A DNA stretch of 63,331 nt, filler included, from Stramenopiles sp. TOSAG23-2 (taxonomy: Eukaryota), in NCBI GenBank assembly GCA_900128395.1. It is 57 parts of 57 records of this genome, joined end to end, with 100 filler letters (N's around TTAATTAATTAA, not from the genome) between each part and the next. Parts side by side here need not be neighbours in the genome. Positions count along the whole stretch, not along the records: positions 61,222 to 62,226 come from LT654061.1; positions 62,327 to 63,331 come from LT654062.1; 55 more parts are not named here. One strand, 5' to 3'. Below the pieces are notes generated by a model, which was given only the letters and a program-made list of their open reading frames with translations, searched no databases and was not told where the DNA came from. Shown one piece after another: positions 61,981-63,331 of the stretch (position 1 is the stretch's first letter; the number at the start of each line of letters is the position of its first letter). Both the position numbers and the translations under genes were made by a program.

Positions 61981-62226
61981 TTATTTTTCTTCATCTTTTT
62001 CTGCTGCATTTTTATTATCATCATCATCCTTCTCATTATTTACGAAAATCTTTTTTTTTTCGTTGGAGGAAAAACGTTTTGGCATCAATTTTCTCCTCAT
62101 AATATTTAATTCTTTAGATAATTTTCTAACACCAGCAGCAAGTACTTCCGCATGATGTTCGTATTGGCCTCTTGTAATTCGTTTCTTAGCTGTATCAAAT
62201 CCATTATCAACAATAGTAACAAACAT
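61981..62226 (-). CDS. Hypothetical protein, 3' end
   Basis: ORF from the contig edge to TAA with coding-like composition. Confidence 0.5.
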   Translation of the reverse strand: MFVTIVDNGFDTAKKRITRGQYEHHAEVLAAGVRKLSKELNIMRRKLMPKRFSSNEKKKIFVNNEKDDDDNKNAAEKDEEK

Positions 62227-62946
62227 NNNNNNNNNNNNNNNNNNNNNNNNNNNNNNNNNNNNNNNNNNNNTTAATTAATTAANNNNNNNNNNNNNNNNNN
62301 NNNNNNNNNNNNNNNNNNNNNNNNNNTTGTCCCGCATTACCATCCATCTCTCTCTGTTTTTTAATTTTCTTATTAATCGATATAATCTAAGGTGGATAAT
62401 ATGTATATAAAACTATAATATCTCCGCGAAGATATATATATATTTGATAGTACGTATATGGATTCTTACTCGCAGCATCACGACTTGAAATTAATCAATT
62501 ATTTATTTCTAAAATAGATAGATTGCTGGATTGATTCAATTTAAATTCATAATGATCGATGTGATGATTATTATTTTGATGATTGACAAAACCATATTTT
62601 CCCTCTACTTAACATAGGAATAGTATTACTGTAATAATACTGCAAAGGAGCACGAGATCCCACCCAGAGATGATGATCACACAGAGGAGATCAAACAAAA
62701 ATATAGGTGATTGTGGTGATGGTAGTCAAAGGGGGAGGGCGAGTTACAAATTAGGGTTATTCATTTACGTTAGAAAAAAAATCTTCTTCGATCGAGACAA
62801 AAATTATTTAATTATGACAAAAGAAATTCGTTAAATATATAGACTATAATAAAACTCAGGAAAGAATATATACCATCATATAGAACTTTTAATTTTTAAT
62901 TGTGAAGACATCGTTGTACAAAGTTTTACACAGCAATATATTAAAA

Positions 62947-63318
62947 ATGGAGGAAGAGAATTATAATGATAATAATAATGATAATCAAAAACAACAACAA
63001 CGAAAAAAAAAGAAAAAAAAACAAATACATTTTACACATGTGAAATATATAACCACAGGCTCAGCAACAAAAGATAAAGTTAGTAGAAAGTGGAAAAGTC
63101 GACATTTATTAAAACGGGGATTTGAATATTTAAAGAATAAACGATATACGGAAGCGATAGCATTTTTTCAAAAGTGTATATTACGTGAACCAGATTTACC
63201 AGAAACTTATAATGCACTTGGCTATACAATGTTACTAAAAGCAGTACGTTATGAGGAATTTAAACGTAGTGTTGCTTTGCATTGTTACGTCAATCTAAAA
63301 AAGCAGCAGGTGATATGA
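62947..63318 (+). CDS. TPR-containing protein
   Basis: RGFEYL...RYTEAIAFFQKCI..EPD.PETYNALGY. Confidence 0.7.
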   Translation: MEEENYNDNNNDNQKQQQRKKKKKKQIHFTHVKYITTGSATKDKVSRKWKSRHLLKRGFEYLKNKRYTEAIAFFQKCILREPDLPETYNALGYTMLLKAVRYEEFKRSVALHCYVNLKKQQVI

Positions 63319-63331
63319 CAAAAGCAATCGA

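Noticed and set aside
1-63331. Gene clusters or operon-like systems across neighbouring ORFs
   Set aside because: Neighbouring contigs are ordered by length, not by genomic position.

Overview
This window is not contiguous DNA. It is about 57 unrelated ~1 kb contigs, sorted by decreasing length and joined by 100-nt artificial spacers (N44-TTAATTAATTAA-N44), so adjacency across spacers means nothing. Most contigs come from an AT-rich, intron-poor flagellated eukaryote. It carries EFHC/Rib72, dynein roadblock, myosin, NAA20, TFIP11, ABCD, SIR2, NDUFB8-like and MRPL3 genes, with poly-Asn/poly-Lys tracts and (TA)n. A heterotrophic stramenopile is my inference. Two GC-richer contigs look like a green picoalga (Bathycoccus-like), and one of them carries an Illumina P7 adapter. 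The standout is in the first contig: a tRNA-Gly(UCC) gene (377-521, minus) split in its variable loop by a 74-nt insert with all the signals of a spliceosomal intron (GTATGT...CTAAC...TAG) and no bulge-helix-bulge. A second tandem copy carries the same insert. Also notable are several MITE-like or palindromic elements (one a 24-bp palindrome with an 8-bp target-site duplication), a virus-like chimeric kinase plus small membrane protein island, a protein with tandem defensin-like six-Cys modules, and a stand-alone Ffh/SRP54 M-domain protein. All family calls are from motif recognition by eye; no searches were run.
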